A stretch of DNA of 64,000 nucleotides from an uncultured Candidatus Entotheonella sp. (GTDB taxonomy: Bacteria > Tectomicrobia > Entotheonellia > Entotheonellales > Entotheonellaceae): the NCBI GenBank assembly GCA_965217185.1, contig OZ244252.1:32001-96000 (forward strand), written 5' to 3'. Under the pieces are notes generated by a model, which saw only the letters and a program-made list of their open reading frames with translations, was not told where the DNA came from and ran no database searches. Shown in pieces: positions 26,890-36,226 of the stretch (position 1 is the first letter of the stretch; every line of letters begins with the position of its first letter). The translations under genes were made by a program, and so were the position numbers.

Positions 26890-27871
26890 CTATGTAAACT
26901 GAAACAACCAGGGCGTTGGATACACCCACTCAAAATCATAGGGGCAGGCTGGCAACGGGATGTATCCGAACACCTCGTGGGCCCAGGGCTGGCATCCTTC
27001 AGTCTCGGATGTCGGAGGAGTGCGCAGGGCGAATAGAGGGCATGTCGGGTATCCCATGTCGATTTCGTCGCACACATCGGTGCAGCATGCGCCCAAAAGG
27101 ATTGATGTTCCGGCCGGCCCCTCGTTTGGGCCGCAGGGTTTTCGTGCAATTACCAAGGGTCGGTTCGGATGCTCTAAACACATCGATCCTGGAGGGGCCG
27201 TCTCACCTCCGGAAGCTGACGGACAAGAACCCGGAGGCCCGATGGTCACATTCAAGTTCGCTGTTGAACCTGCCCCGCCCTGATGCCTCCAGGATTGCTT
27301 TGTACCACCGTTTATCTGAATCTCACCAGTGTTTTCGTTTGTGTGAAGGCAGTCACCTTTGTAACCCGTTCCGTTGAGAGCAAGCATCTCCACCGAGTTT
27401 TCTCCCTCCTGGACCGGCACATCGAAACAACTGGGTTCATTGAACAGCTCTCCAGAAAACTCCACATTGCCGTTTACTGTTACTCGTATTGCATCACCAT
27501 CTTCACATTGGTGATCGCGCACGCATATCTCTACTTTCTGAGTGCACGAGGAAGGGATGGTGACGTTGAAGTCGTCGAGTGGAACCGCAATAAAGTCATC
27601 TGGAGGCTCCGGGGCTAGAAGCCGCGCGGGAAACTCAATCTCTTCGTTGGTTGGCCCGAGTGATAGGGTGAAGGTGAAATCTAAGCCGCCTTGCGGAATC
27701 ATGCCGCTACCGTCAAGGAAGAATTGCATAACCAGCCTATCTTCCGTTGTTTCACCTGTGATAAACCCTCCAATATCGAGGTCAGATATAGCCGTCAGGC
27801 GGAAGTTGCGATGATACGCTGGTTCCTCTCTGTCCGGGTAATTGGCAAAATCCTCAAGGGGCAATAGAAGG
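26890..27871 (-). pseudogene. 5'-truncated putative secreted protein with Cys-rich C-terminus
   Basis: Frame runs into the IS66 end; lower GC; beta-rich DGDAIRVTVNG domain, Pro/Gly linker, multi-Cys tail. Confidence 0.65.
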
Positions 27872-29398
27872 GTAAGCGTTCAGAGGGTCAGAACGGTGCG
27901 GAGGTTATCGTAGCCAAGAGAGGTCAGGTTGCCGTCCGTTCATGAACGCCCCGAGGGCGTCCACCAACACCGAAAAGCTCGATTGCCCCAGTTGCCGGCA
28001 CGTCTGACGCAACGGTAGACTCCGTTGTACCCAAGCGTTGCCTTTGGCACTTGCCGTACCCAAGGAACCCTTGCGCCACAACAGGCCAAAGCGCAAGGCG
28101 CGCTCCGCCCGGTTGTTCGTCGGCTCAACTCCCGGCTCGTTGAGAAACACCCACAGCGAACCCGCCTCACGGCGTAAATGTCTCACCAGACGACCCGCAT
28201 CATCAGGGCGACTCTCATAACGCTTCACGAGACGACACAAACGCGCATACCACGCCTGCCACTGACCACCACTTGGCGGCGCGTGAGCCATCTGACACAA
28301 CCGCTGAAGCTCCTTCAAAGCCACCTTGCCGCAAGCAGCAAGGTCGGCTTGGGGTCGCTGGGACAACTCCCGGGCTCGGCGAACAAGATGCGCCAAGCAA
28401 CTCTGACGAGCATTGCCCCAAGCTTGATACACGCCGTAGCCGTCGCTGACCAGAGTGCCTCGCCAATCCTTTATCAGAGACTCAAAGGCCGCCTGCGAAC
28501 GCTTGGCATGAATACGGTACAGGGCCACCGTGTCCGTGACCATGCTCCAGAGCCACTGCAAGGCATGGCCGCAGTACCACGGCGTCTCATCGACGTAGCC
28601 CACAGGCGCCTTGCGGGCCAAGCGAGCAATGGCCGCATCGTGCGGCACGATGGCCAGGGAGGTGCGGTCAATGAGGCGTTGAATCGCACCCAGACTGATC
28701 GACACCCCCAACACCGAACGACAAAAGTCCTGCACACCACGCCGGGAGGTGCGGTCAATGGCGCTGAGTTCACCTGTCAAGGCCGTCAAACGTGGGCCAT
28801 AGCCGCTCTGTCGAGCCTTGGGCAGCCGGGCTTTGAGCCACTTGCCACAACCCGCACACTTGCCTTGGTGCAAGACCCAGTGCGTGACGTGCATCAAGGT
28901 GGATGGCAATTCCATGACTTGATGGGTGTGATACGGCGTCGTCAAACGCGGCACGCCTTGACCACACGTGCAGGGTTCAGGATAGATGGCTTGCCGCTCA
29001 CTGGGACGGTGTAACTTGGGACCTGCGCCGGGGTGACCTTGTCGGGCGCCGCGTTTGCCTGTGGGCTTGCTTGGGTTGCCTGCGTGTCTTTGGAAGGGCG
29101 AATCCGACGAGGGTGGCTTGTCGGATGTCTTGGCGGTGCGTTGCAAGCGATTTTGGAGTCGCTCGATTTGCTGTTGGAGTTGGACCAAACGCTGATGCAG
29201 GTTGAGGAGATAGGCCTGTACGGTCGGAGGGGTTTGTTGCCAATCGCTTTGCGACAACGACTCAGGCGGCCTCGACGGCTTCATCCGGACTCCCTGCAAA
29301 CAGGTCAATAGAAGACGCAACGCGAAAGAAGTATGACCCTAGCCCACAATCGCCTGATCAGGCAACAGAGAAGTGTAGAGAGCCCCCTGAACGCTTAC
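27872..29398 (-). mobile_element. IS66-family element, single-ORF (ISBst12-like), 1527 bp
   Basis: TIRs GTAAGCGTTCAG(A/G)GGG at both ends; no 8-bp TSD (ATAGAAGG vs CTGTCACC). Confidence 0.92.
27905..29284 (-). CDS. IS66 family transposase
   Basis: Leucine zipper, SDKPPSSD, Zn-finger Cys, VDETPW, LVSDGYGVY, CLAHLVR, TNNRAERALR. Confidence 0.93.
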   Translation of the reverse strand: MKPSRPPESLSQSDWQQTPPTVQAYLLNLHQRLVQLQQQIERLQNRLQRTAKTSDKPPSSDSPFQRHAGNPSKPTGKRGARQGHPGAGPKLHRPSERQAIYPEPCTCGQGVPRLTTPYHTHQVMELPSTLMHVTHWVLHQGKCAGCGKWLKARLPKARQSGYGPRLTALTGELSAIDRTSRRGVQDFCRSVLGVSISLGAIQRLIDRTSLAIVPHDAAIARLARKAPVGYVDETPWYCGHALQWLWSMVTDTVALYRIHAKRSQAAFESLIKDWRGTLVSDGYGVYQAWGNARQSCLAHLVRRARELSQRPQADLAACGKVALKELQRLCQMAHAPPSGGQWQAWYARLCRLVKRYESRPDDAGRLVRHLRREAGSLWVFLNEPGVEPTNNRAERALRFGLLWRKGSLGTASAKGNAWVQRSLPLRQTCRQLGQSSFSVLVDALGAFMNGRQPDLSWLR

Positions 29399-29745
29399 CT
29401 GTCACCTATACACCCAACGCGGGTTTTACAGGCCCCGATCAATTCATGTACACCGTCAGCGATGGCACGGACGAAGCTACCGCTATGGTTATGGTCACGG
29501 TGACGGCACCGCCGCCCCCGGCTAACAATGCGCCGATGGCGACCGACGACGAGGCGGAGACCAACGAAGGCGAATCCGTGATGATCGACGTTTTGGTCAA
29601 CGACACCGATGCCGACGAGGACAGCCTCACAATTACGGACGCGACCGATGGCAATGACGGCACCGTTGACGTCGCGACTGATGGCGCATCTGTCACCTAC
29701 ACACCCAACGCGGATTTTGCAGGTGAGGATCAATTCATGTACACC

Positions 29746-31241
29746 GAGCCACTTGCAAAACTCCGCTAGTTTGGCCTCGGAGCGGTTGTCATGAGACCGT
29801 ACGGTGAATCATTTGCCGTCGGTGGTTCCAATTGCCACGAATTCAGCCATGGCGGTGCCGAGTTCCGGCTCCCGTCTTGCGATGCGGACGCAACTCTCCC
29901 CCCTGCGTACAGGACAGCAGCGTGTGCCGGGATGGAGGAAACGGGACCGCGAGACCAGCTTCAGGTCACCAAGCGCATCAACTGATCAACCGTGAGCGCC
30001 ACAATCCCGAACATCAGATGACACAGCACCTTGGCATGGCCGCGCACGCGCACGCTGCGACCTCCGAATTCATCCTTGAGGCGACCATTGACGCGCTCGA
30101 CGGTCGAGCGTTCGTGGTAACGTCTCTCCTCAGACAGGACCAACCCACAGGCACGCCGTGCCTGCCTCTCCTGCCGCAGCGCCTGCTTGCGCGCGCCGCT
30201 GCGGGGGTTGACGTCGATGATCGCAACATGACCCAGGGCGCGGCTGTGGGCGCGGATTTCCGGGGCATCGTAGGCGCTGTCCATCAGGTCATACAGGTTG
30301 CGGACTCGCTCCGCCGTCAGGGTCGCCAGCGGGATGGCGACTTGGCTGTCGTGCAGCGACGCCGAGGTAAGCAGGCAACTGACCGGGATGGCGCCGTCGG
30401 CCGCGTCAATATGCAACTTGTAGCCGCTCCATGACGTCTGATAGCCCTTGGCGTCGCGCTTGACGCCAATGTCACAGGCGTACGGCAAGTCGGCGAGCAT
30501 CTCCGGCAGGGTCATGTTGCGCTGGCGCTCCAGACGGCGCGGCTCCGTGGGGCGCTCCTCGCCCTTGCGCGGACGCCCGCGCCGCCGCTTCGGCTTGGCC
30601 GGCTGCGGCGCCTTCGGGGTCGGTCTCTCGCGCCCTTCAATCGCCGTCGAATCGCGTGAAATATGGCCTGCCAGACGCTCACCCTGGGTGCGTTTGATCA
30701 GCGCCTCGTGCAGGTGGCTCGGCAAGGCGCTGTCGGCAAATTCGGCAAAGGCACGTGAAAACGTCGCCTCGCTCGGAATGTGCTTGACGCTACGCCAGCC
30801 GCACAACCGGCGCAGGGTGCTGTCGTGGCGCAGACGATCAAGCAACATCCGGGTGCTAACCAGCGCGAAGACGGCCTTGGCGATGAAGGCGCGGGCTAAG
30901 GCCGCGCGGTCGCTTGGCGGACAGCCGCGACGCCGGTGCTGGTACGGCAGCAGCGTTTCCACCCGCACCCATTCGAGCACCATGACGAAGCGCTGATGGC
31001 GTTCCCCCAGCGCCCCGATCGTTTCCTCAAGCTGCGGGAACAGCAGCGCTTGAAAGCAAGACCAGTAACTCGATAGTATCTCACGTAAGGCCATTGGGGT
31101 CGTTCCTCCTGATTCGGTTGTTTGACAACTCAACAGAATCAGAAAGCGGCCCCAATGTCCACCAATCAGCCCCAGAGCCTGCCCCGTGCTTGACACGGAG
31201 AAAGAAAATCCCACTCGTACACGCAATTCTGCAAGTGGCTC
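29746..31241 (-). mobile_element. IS5/IS1182-like DDE insertion sequence, 1496 bp
   Basis: TIR GAGCCACTTGCA at both ends; 4-bp TSD CACC (29742-45, 31242-45); removal restores MYTVSDG. Confidence 0.92.
29961..31094 (-). CDS. DDE transposase (IS5/IS1182-like)
   Basis: PSEATFSR, SRDST, GYKLH, ASLHDS, MDSAYD, RSTVERVNGRLK. Confidence 0.9.
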   Translation of the reverse strand: MALREILSSYWSCFQALLFPQLEETIGALGERHQRFVMVLEWVRVETLLPYQHRRRGCPPSDRAALARAFIAKAVFALVSTRMLLDRLRHDSTLRRLCGWRSVKHIPSEATFSRAFAEFADSALPSHLHEALIKRTQGERLAGHISRDSTAIEGRERPTPKAPQPAKPKRRRGRPRKGEERPTEPRRLERQRNMTLPEMLADLPYACDIGVKRDAKGYQTSWSGYKLHIDAADGAIPVSCLLTSASLHDSQVAIPLATLTAERVRNLYDLMDSAYDAPEIRAHSRALGHVAIIDVNPRSGARKQALRQERQARRACGLVLSEERRYHERSTVERVNGRLKDEFGGRSVRVRGHAKVLCHLMFGIVALTVDQLMRLVT

Positions 31242-31503
31242 CACCGTCAGCGACGGAGAAGGTGGCATGGATACCGCTACCGTGATGGTGGACGTTATGG
31301 CGGCCGATGGCGACGGCGACGGGGATGGAGATGGCGACACCAGTGGTGATGGTGGCGGTGGGGGTTGTACGTTGAACCCCGGCGCGCGTTTTGACCCGAC
31401 TCTGATCTCGGTCCTGGCCCTCTTCATGGGTATCCATTTTGTCCGGCGATTCACTCGGAGGCAGTCACTGCGTTAACGCTGGGCATCATGTTTCAGTGAG
31501 GTT

Positions 31504-31543
31504 GCAAGCGCTCTTCCGTTATCGGAAGGGCGCTTGTTTTTTT
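31504..31543 (+). terminator. intrinsic terminator
   Basis: CAAGCGCTCTTCCG-ttat-CGGAAGGGCGCTTG followed by T7. Confidence 0.9.
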
Positions 31544-31655
31544 GATCTGCGCCGAACCGTTCCTTGCCGAGGTCCAGCATACCCAGCACCAACTACCCCG
31601 GAATGTCCTCGACCCGTGATACAATGCCTCGAACTTCCACTTTCCTGGAGGAGTC

Positions 31656-32108
31656 ATGCGGAAGATATGGGACTGGATTAAAGAAAACGCCGGGGTCATC
31701 GCGGCCATCGGCGGCATTCTTCTCGGCCTCACCGGAATCATCCAATTTGGCGTCCTCAATCCCATTCACCAAGCCTTCGATGCCATCAACCAACGCTTCG
31801 ACGCCGTGGACCAGCGGTTCGACGCCGTGGACCAGCGTTTTGACGCTCAGGACAAGCGTCTCGACGATCTCAAGGTCGAAATGAACCAGCGCTTTGATGC
31901 CCAGGACAAACACGTCAACCAGCGCTTCGACGCCCAGGACAAGTACATCCATCAACGCTTCGACGCCGTGGACCAGCGCCTCGAACGCCTGGAAAGCGAC
32001 GTGTTGGAACTCCGCAAGCTCAGCGATCGCGTCTCCCGTAACGAAGGGCAGATCGACGTCATCAGGCAGCAGTTGCAAACCGCCGACGCGCCCTCGCCCC
32101 CGAATTGA
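31656..32108 (+). CDS. membrane-anchored coiled-coil repeat protein
   Basis: N-terminal TM segment, QRFDA(V/Q)D repeats; RBS GGAGGAG. Confidence 0.8.
   Translation: MRKIWDWIKENAGVIAAIGGILLGLTGIIQFGVLNPIHQAFDAINQRFDAVDQRFDAVDQRFDAQDKRLDDLKVEMNQRFDAQDKHVNQRFDAQDKYIHQRFDAVDQRLERLESDVLELRKLSDRVSRNEGQIDVIRQQLQTADAPSPPN
31767..31991 (+). repeat. in-frame 21- and 33-nt tandem repeats
   Basis: Unit pattern 7-7-7-7-11-11-11-7-7 codons. Confidence 0.8.
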
Positions 32109-32222
32109 GTTTGGGGCAGGCTCCGAACTCAAGTAAGCCCATCCAACACGGACAGTTCCTGACGGCAACTACGTGGGAAACGACTGGCTTTATGCGCAAG
32201 GACGATCCATCTCCGGCATGAC

Positions 32223-32753
32223 GTGGGTGCCAGGAGGCAGGTCTTGTCAAGACGTGCGTCAGGGATATGGCAGGCGGTGAGAGACATCGCCGAGGAGCTG
32301 GGTGTGAGGCGCTGCGGCGCCTTTTACAGAGATGGGTTATTTGTCGTTGCAGCGTCGGCGGGGGTTGGCTTCTGGATCATGCTGGGGTGGCTGCTGCCGG
32401 TGCAGCCGATAGCGTGGCGGCAGGTGGGGTCGTGGAGCTTCGTGTCGCTGGTGGTTGTGCAGCCGTGCTTGGAAGAGGTTGTCTTTCGAGGACTTTTGCA
32501 GGGACGTTTGAGCCGATGGCAGCGGATGCGAACGGCGTGGCGGGGCTTCACGGCGGCCAACGGTGTGACCGCTCTGCTGTTTGCGGCCGGACACTTCGTG
32601 AACCATCCGGCGCTGTGGGCGGCGGGGGTGGTCGTGCCGGCGCTGGTATTCGGCTTTTTCAGGGACCGCTACGCGAGCATTTGGCCGGGGACGTTGTTGC
32701 ACATGTTCTATAATGGCGGCTACTTCATAATGACTGGTTTGCCGGGATTGTGA
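32223..32753 (+). CDS. CAAX/Abi glutamic-type intramembrane protease, probable JDVT-CTERM sorting enzyme (MrtJ-like); start uncertain
   Basis: EEVVFRG, FAAGH, LHMFYN; near a JDVT-CTERM-like substrate. Confidence 0.8.
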   Translation: MGARRQVLSRRASGIWQAVRDIAEELGVRRCGAFYRDGLFVVAASAGVGFWIMLGWLLPVQPIAWRQVGSWSFVSLVVVQPCLEEVVFRGLLQGRLSRWQRMRTAWRGFTAANGVTALLFAAGHFVNHPALWAAGVVVPALVFGFFRDRYASIWPGTLLHMFYNGGYFIMTGLPGL

Positions 32754-32859
32754 TAGGCGGATAGGCCCTGACTGTGACCTCTGTCCGTCGCCCGTTTCGG
32801 CCCTGCCGTGCGTCCGTGCGGCCCTTCACGTGTTCTCCAACTCCTGAGGAGCGTAATTC

Positions 32860-34002
32860 ATGACCTTCGATGTCGAACAAGTTGATTCTGTTTTGCGGAC
32901 GACCCGAGCGGTGCGACGGCGGCTCGATCTCGAGCGACCGGTTCCCGACGAGGTCATTCTGCAGTGCATTGACCTGGCGGAACAGGCGCCGTCCGGCGCG
33001 AATATCGCCAGCCGCCGCTGGCTGGTCATTCGTGACGCCGAGGTCAAGGCCAAGATCGCCGAACTGTACCGCATGGCCGGGGGGGCCAACATCATTCAAG
33101 CTGCTCAGCAACTCAAGGGCACCGGCTCGCACCGCGAACACACCGTGTCGTCAAGCGCTTATCTGGCGCAGAACATGGAGCGCGTGCCGGCCCTGGTCAT
33201 CCCGACCATCTGGGGCGAGCACGACGGCAGCGGTCGTCCGGGGCTGTTCGACTCCGTCGTCCAATCGGCCTGGAGCTTCTGCCTGGCGCTGCGCGCCCGT
33301 GGCCTCGGCACCGCGTGGACCACGATGATCTTCGGCAAGCGCGAGGAACTCGTTGACATCCTGGGCATTCCCAAGGGCGTGACGCCTATCGTGTTGCTGC
33401 CTGTGGCCTGGACGATCGGCACCGACTTCAAACCCACCGCCCGGCGCCCGGCCGCTCAGATTACCTGGTTCGACCACTGGGGTCATACCAACGCCCAGCC
33501 CTATCACAGCGATATCCTGGCCGCGCAACCCGGCGTGACCGTCGAGGTTAACGTGGAAGCGTCGCCGCAGCGCCTCTGGGACTTGATCAGCGACGTCACG
33601 CTGCCGGCCCGCTTCAGCGACGAGTTTCAAGGCGCCGAATGGCTCGACGGCGACGGCCCGCGCGTGGGCGCGTGCTTCGTCGGGCGCAACAGCATCGGCG
33701 AGCGGCAGTGGGAGACCACCTCACACCTTGTCGCCTGTGAGGCACCCCGCCTCTTCGCCTGGAACGTCAGCGACGCCGAGACGCCGAGCGCGCAGTGGCG
33801 CTTCGAGCTGGACCGCGTTGGTGATTCCACCCGCCTGCGCCAGTGCATGACGATGGGGCCCGGTCTCTCCGGCACTACCCGGGCGATGCAGCAAGACCCC
33901 GACAATGTCAAGCAGATTCTCGCCGCGCGTCGTGCAACGCTGCGCCGCAATATGGAGTTGACCGTTCAGGGAATCAAGCAATTGGCAGAGTCGGAGAAAT
34001 AA
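32860..34002 (+). CDS. nitroreductase family domain fused to an SRPBCC/START domain
   Basis: TTRAVRRRLD, QAPSG.N, LALRARGLGT; then VEASPQRLWDLISD...W..T..LVACEAPRLFAW. Confidence 0.85.
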   Translation: MTFDVEQVDSVLRTTRAVRRRLDLERPVPDEVILQCIDLAEQAPSGANIASRRWLVIRDAEVKAKIAELYRMAGGANIIQAAQQLKGTGSHREHTVSSSAYLAQNMERVPALVIPTIWGEHDGSGRPGLFDSVVQSAWSFCLALRARGLGTAWTTMIFGKREELVDILGIPKGVTPIVLLPVAWTIGTDFKPTARRPAAQITWFDHWGHTNAQPYHSDILAAQPGVTVEVNVEASPQRLWDLISDVTLPARFSDEFQGAEWLDGDGPRVGACFVGRNSIGERQWETTSHLVACEAPRLFAWNVSDAETPSAQWRFELDRVGDSTRLRQCMTMGPGLSGTTRAMQQDPDNVKQILAARRATLRRNMELTVQGIKQLAESEK

Positions 34003-34007
34003 GCCAC

Positions 34008-34043
34008 AGGTCGGATTACGGCTTCGTGCGGCCTAATCCGATC
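34008..34043 (+). repeat. degenerate copy 3 of the GTAG-type REP
   Basis: AGGTCGGATTA...TAATCCGA between convergent genes. Confidence 0.6.
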
Positions 34044-34051
34044 GCCCCCGC

Positions 34052-35209
34052 CTACGCCTCCCGCAACGGCCGGAAAAAGGCCCGAATGTCCTGCGCCAGC
34101 GTTTCCGGCTGTTCAAAGGCCGCAAAGTGACCGCCGCGCGGCATTTCCGACCATTGCTGCAGATTGAAGAAGCGCTCGGCCCACTCACGCGGCGGCCGGC
34201 TGATTTCCTTGGGAAACCGCGCCACGGCGCACGGCACGTCGATGCGCTGCCCGGGCTGGATGATCCACGTATTGTGCTGGTTCTCGTAGTAGATGCGGGT
34301 GGAGGAGTTGATCGTCTGCGTGGCCCAGTAGATCGTAATCGTCGTCAGCAATTCGTCCTTGCTGAAACACCGCTCCACGTCCCCGTCGCAATCGCTCCAA
34401 CTGCGCCACTTCTCGACGATCCAGGCGGCCAGCGCGGCGGGGGAGTCGTTGAGGCCGTAAGACAGGGTCTGCGGCTTGGTGCCCTGGATGTGGGCGTAGC
34501 CGCCTTCCTCCAGTTGCCAATGCGCCCGCGCCTCCAGAAAGGCGCGCTCGGCGGGCGTCAGGTCGCGCATGCCCGGCTGCCAGCCGGTGGGCACGCCGGA
34601 CACCGAGGTGGTGTGGATGCCGATCACCTGGCTGCCGTAGGAAAAGCCCAGGCGCGCCGTTACGCCCGCCCCCCAATCGCCGCCGTGGGCGCCGTAGCGG
34701 CTGTAGCCGAGCGCCGTTGTCATGAGCTGCGACCACAGGTCGGCGATCCGCGCCACGTTGATGCCGCGTGTGCCGGTAACGTCGGAAAAGCCGTACCCCG
34801 GCAGCGACGGCGCCACCACGTCGAAGGCGTCTTGCGGGTCGCCGCCGTGGGCCGCCGGATCGGTGAGCAGGGGGATGATCTTGGACATCTCGAAGACGGT
34901 GCTCGGCCACCCGTGCGTGATGATCAGCGGCAGCGGTGCGGGTCCCTTGCCTTTCTCGTGGATGAAGTGAATCCCCATGCCGTCGACTGTGGTGCGGAAG
35001 TGCGAAAAGCGGTTCAGGGCCTCTTCTTGGGCGCGCCAGTCAAACTCCCTTTGCCAGTACGCTACGAGCTCCTTGACGTACGCCAGATTGGAGCCGTAAT
35101 CCCATCCCGTGTGCGGCAGCTCACCCGGCCAGCGTGTGCGGTCGAGGCGCTCGCGCAGGTCCTGTAGCGTTTCGTCGGCAACGTGAACGGTGAAGGGTTG
35201 CACGGTCAT
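34052..35209 (-). CDS. epoxide hydrolase (microsomal/EHN type)
   Basis: FDWRAQE, HGWP, PSLPGYGFS, GGDWG, DSPAALAAWI, GGHFAAFE. Confidence 0.93.
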   Translation of the reverse strand: MTVQPFTVHVADETLQDLRERLDRTRWPGELPHTGWDYGSNLAYVKELVAYWQREFDWRAQEEALNRFSHFRTTVDGMGIHFIHEKGKGPAPLPLIITHGWPSTVFEMSKIIPLLTDPAAHGGDPQDAFDVVAPSLPGYGFSDVTGTRGINVARIADLWSQLMTTALGYSRYGAHGGDWGAGVTARLGFSYGSQVIGIHTTSVSGVPTGWQPGMRDLTPAERAFLEARAHWQLEEGGYAHIQGTKPQTLSYGLNDSPAALAAWIVEKWRSWSDCDGDVERCFSKDELLTTITIYWATQTINSSTRIYYENQHNTWIIQPGQRIDVPCAVARFPKEISRPPREWAERFFNLQQWSEMPRGGHFAAFEQPETLAQDIRAFFRPLREA

Positions 35210-35323
35210 CCTGACGGGTCCTCCTTAATACGCAACTGCGCACGTGGGTCGATGGGGCTTTCATGCCTGCGGTGGGCGCCCATGTTACCCGGCGGCGTGG
35301 CCGCAAACAAGCGCCAAGACGGG

Positions 35324-35704
35324 CTACCAGACGCCCGCCACCGGGTACGCTTCGTCCTCGCCGGGCCACGGCGGCATGCTGACGCCAACTGCTGCCAACG
35401 CCTCGTCGCCATCGTTTCGGAACTGGAAGTGGGTGCCCGGCGGGATGGTAATCGATACGCCTTTAGACACTTCAATGATTTCTTCGTCCGCCCCCTGCCG
35501 GCGCCAAAACCGGCCCCGCCCTGCCAGGAAATACCACACCTCCTCGATGCTGTGATGCCCCACCGCCTGCGATATCTGCCCGCCCGGCAGCGAAAAATGA
35601 GCCATGCTGCCGCGCGCCCCGCTGCACAAGATGCGCACCTCGGAGCCGTCGGGCGCTATCGCGTCCACTGCCGACGGCAGCCGTTTGGTCTCGAACCGTC
35701 CCAT
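35324..35704 (-). CDS. cupin domain protein
   Basis: APDGSEVRIL, H..IEEVWYF..G.G, IPPGTHFQFRN; RBS AAGGAGG. Confidence 0.85.
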   Translation of the reverse strand: MGRFETKRLPSAVDAIAPDGSEVRILCSGARGSMAHFSLPGGQISQAVGHHSIEEVWYFLAGRGRFWRRQGADEEIIEVSKGVSITIPPGTHFQFRNDGDEALAAVGVSMPPWPGEDEAYPVAGVW

Positions 35705-35867
35705 CTGCCTCCTTCCATTCATCTATGAGCAAGCCGTAACAGCCCGCATTCCTTGATGTTAACCCTGCTCCAATGACCTGCCACGCCGGGCGCCCGGTTG
35801 AAGCGCAGGCGCCGAGTGTGGTAGGGTATCGCCGCAATTGGCCATCTTCCCAAGGGCAGGAGAAACG

Positions 35868-36209
35868 ATGATTACGTACAGATGCGTCGTTCAGGAGGGC
35901 TGCATCCCTCTCGAAATCCGTCCCCGCCTCGTCTCCGGCTTGGCGGGCATAACCGCCGAGGTTCTGGGTGCGGCGCCGGATGACGTTCAGGTTGAATTCA
36001 ACGAGATACCGCACGGTGCCGGATACCGTGGCGGCGAACTTTCCACTACGTCTCTGGTACGCGGTGCTATCCCGCCGGGCTGTGAACAGCCGGTGCGTGA
36101 GCAACTGCTGATGAAAATATGCGACATGTGGTGTGAGGTAACGGGCTGCGGCGTTGATGAAGTCGTTGTCAACGCCAGCGATCAAGGCTACGTCCCTAAT
36201 GTTTACTAA
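35868..36209 (+). CDS. tautomerase-superfamily-like protein lacking Pro-1
   Basis: Pattern parallels the downstream paralog; RBS AGGAG. Confidence 0.65.
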   Translation: MITYRCVVQEGCIPLEIRPRLVSGLAGITAEVLGAAPDDVQVEFNEIPHGAGYRGGELSTTSLVRGAIPPGCEQPVREQLLMKICDMWCEVTGCGVDEVVVNASDQGYVPNVY

Positions 36210-36226
36210 CGAGGAAAGGACTTGTC

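Larger units (their letters stand above)
29399..31476 (+). pseudogene. Ig-like/cadherin-like repeat surface protein with JDVT-CTERM-like tail; 5'-truncated by IS66 and split by a second IS (29399-29745 + 31246-31476)
   Basis: VTYTPNA.F.G.DQFMYTVSDG repeats, NNAPMATDD, DVLVNDTDAD; tail GGGGGCTLNPGARFDPTL-TM-RRFTRR. Confidence 0.85.

Noticed and set aside
26534..26929. 132-aa N-terminal extension of ThiI or a structured ncRNA
   Set aside because: ThiI homology starts near 26533, the extension has no recognisable features, and no riboswitch consensus could be identified by eye
31095..31454. Pro/Ser-rich N-terminal extension of the transposase (ORF 29961-31454)
   Set aside because: It crosses the IS end and is the antisense of the Asp-Gly linker of the interrupted surface protein
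31767..31991. CRISPR array
   Set aside because: Repeats are contiguous, in-frame, vary at synonymous sites and have no unique spacers
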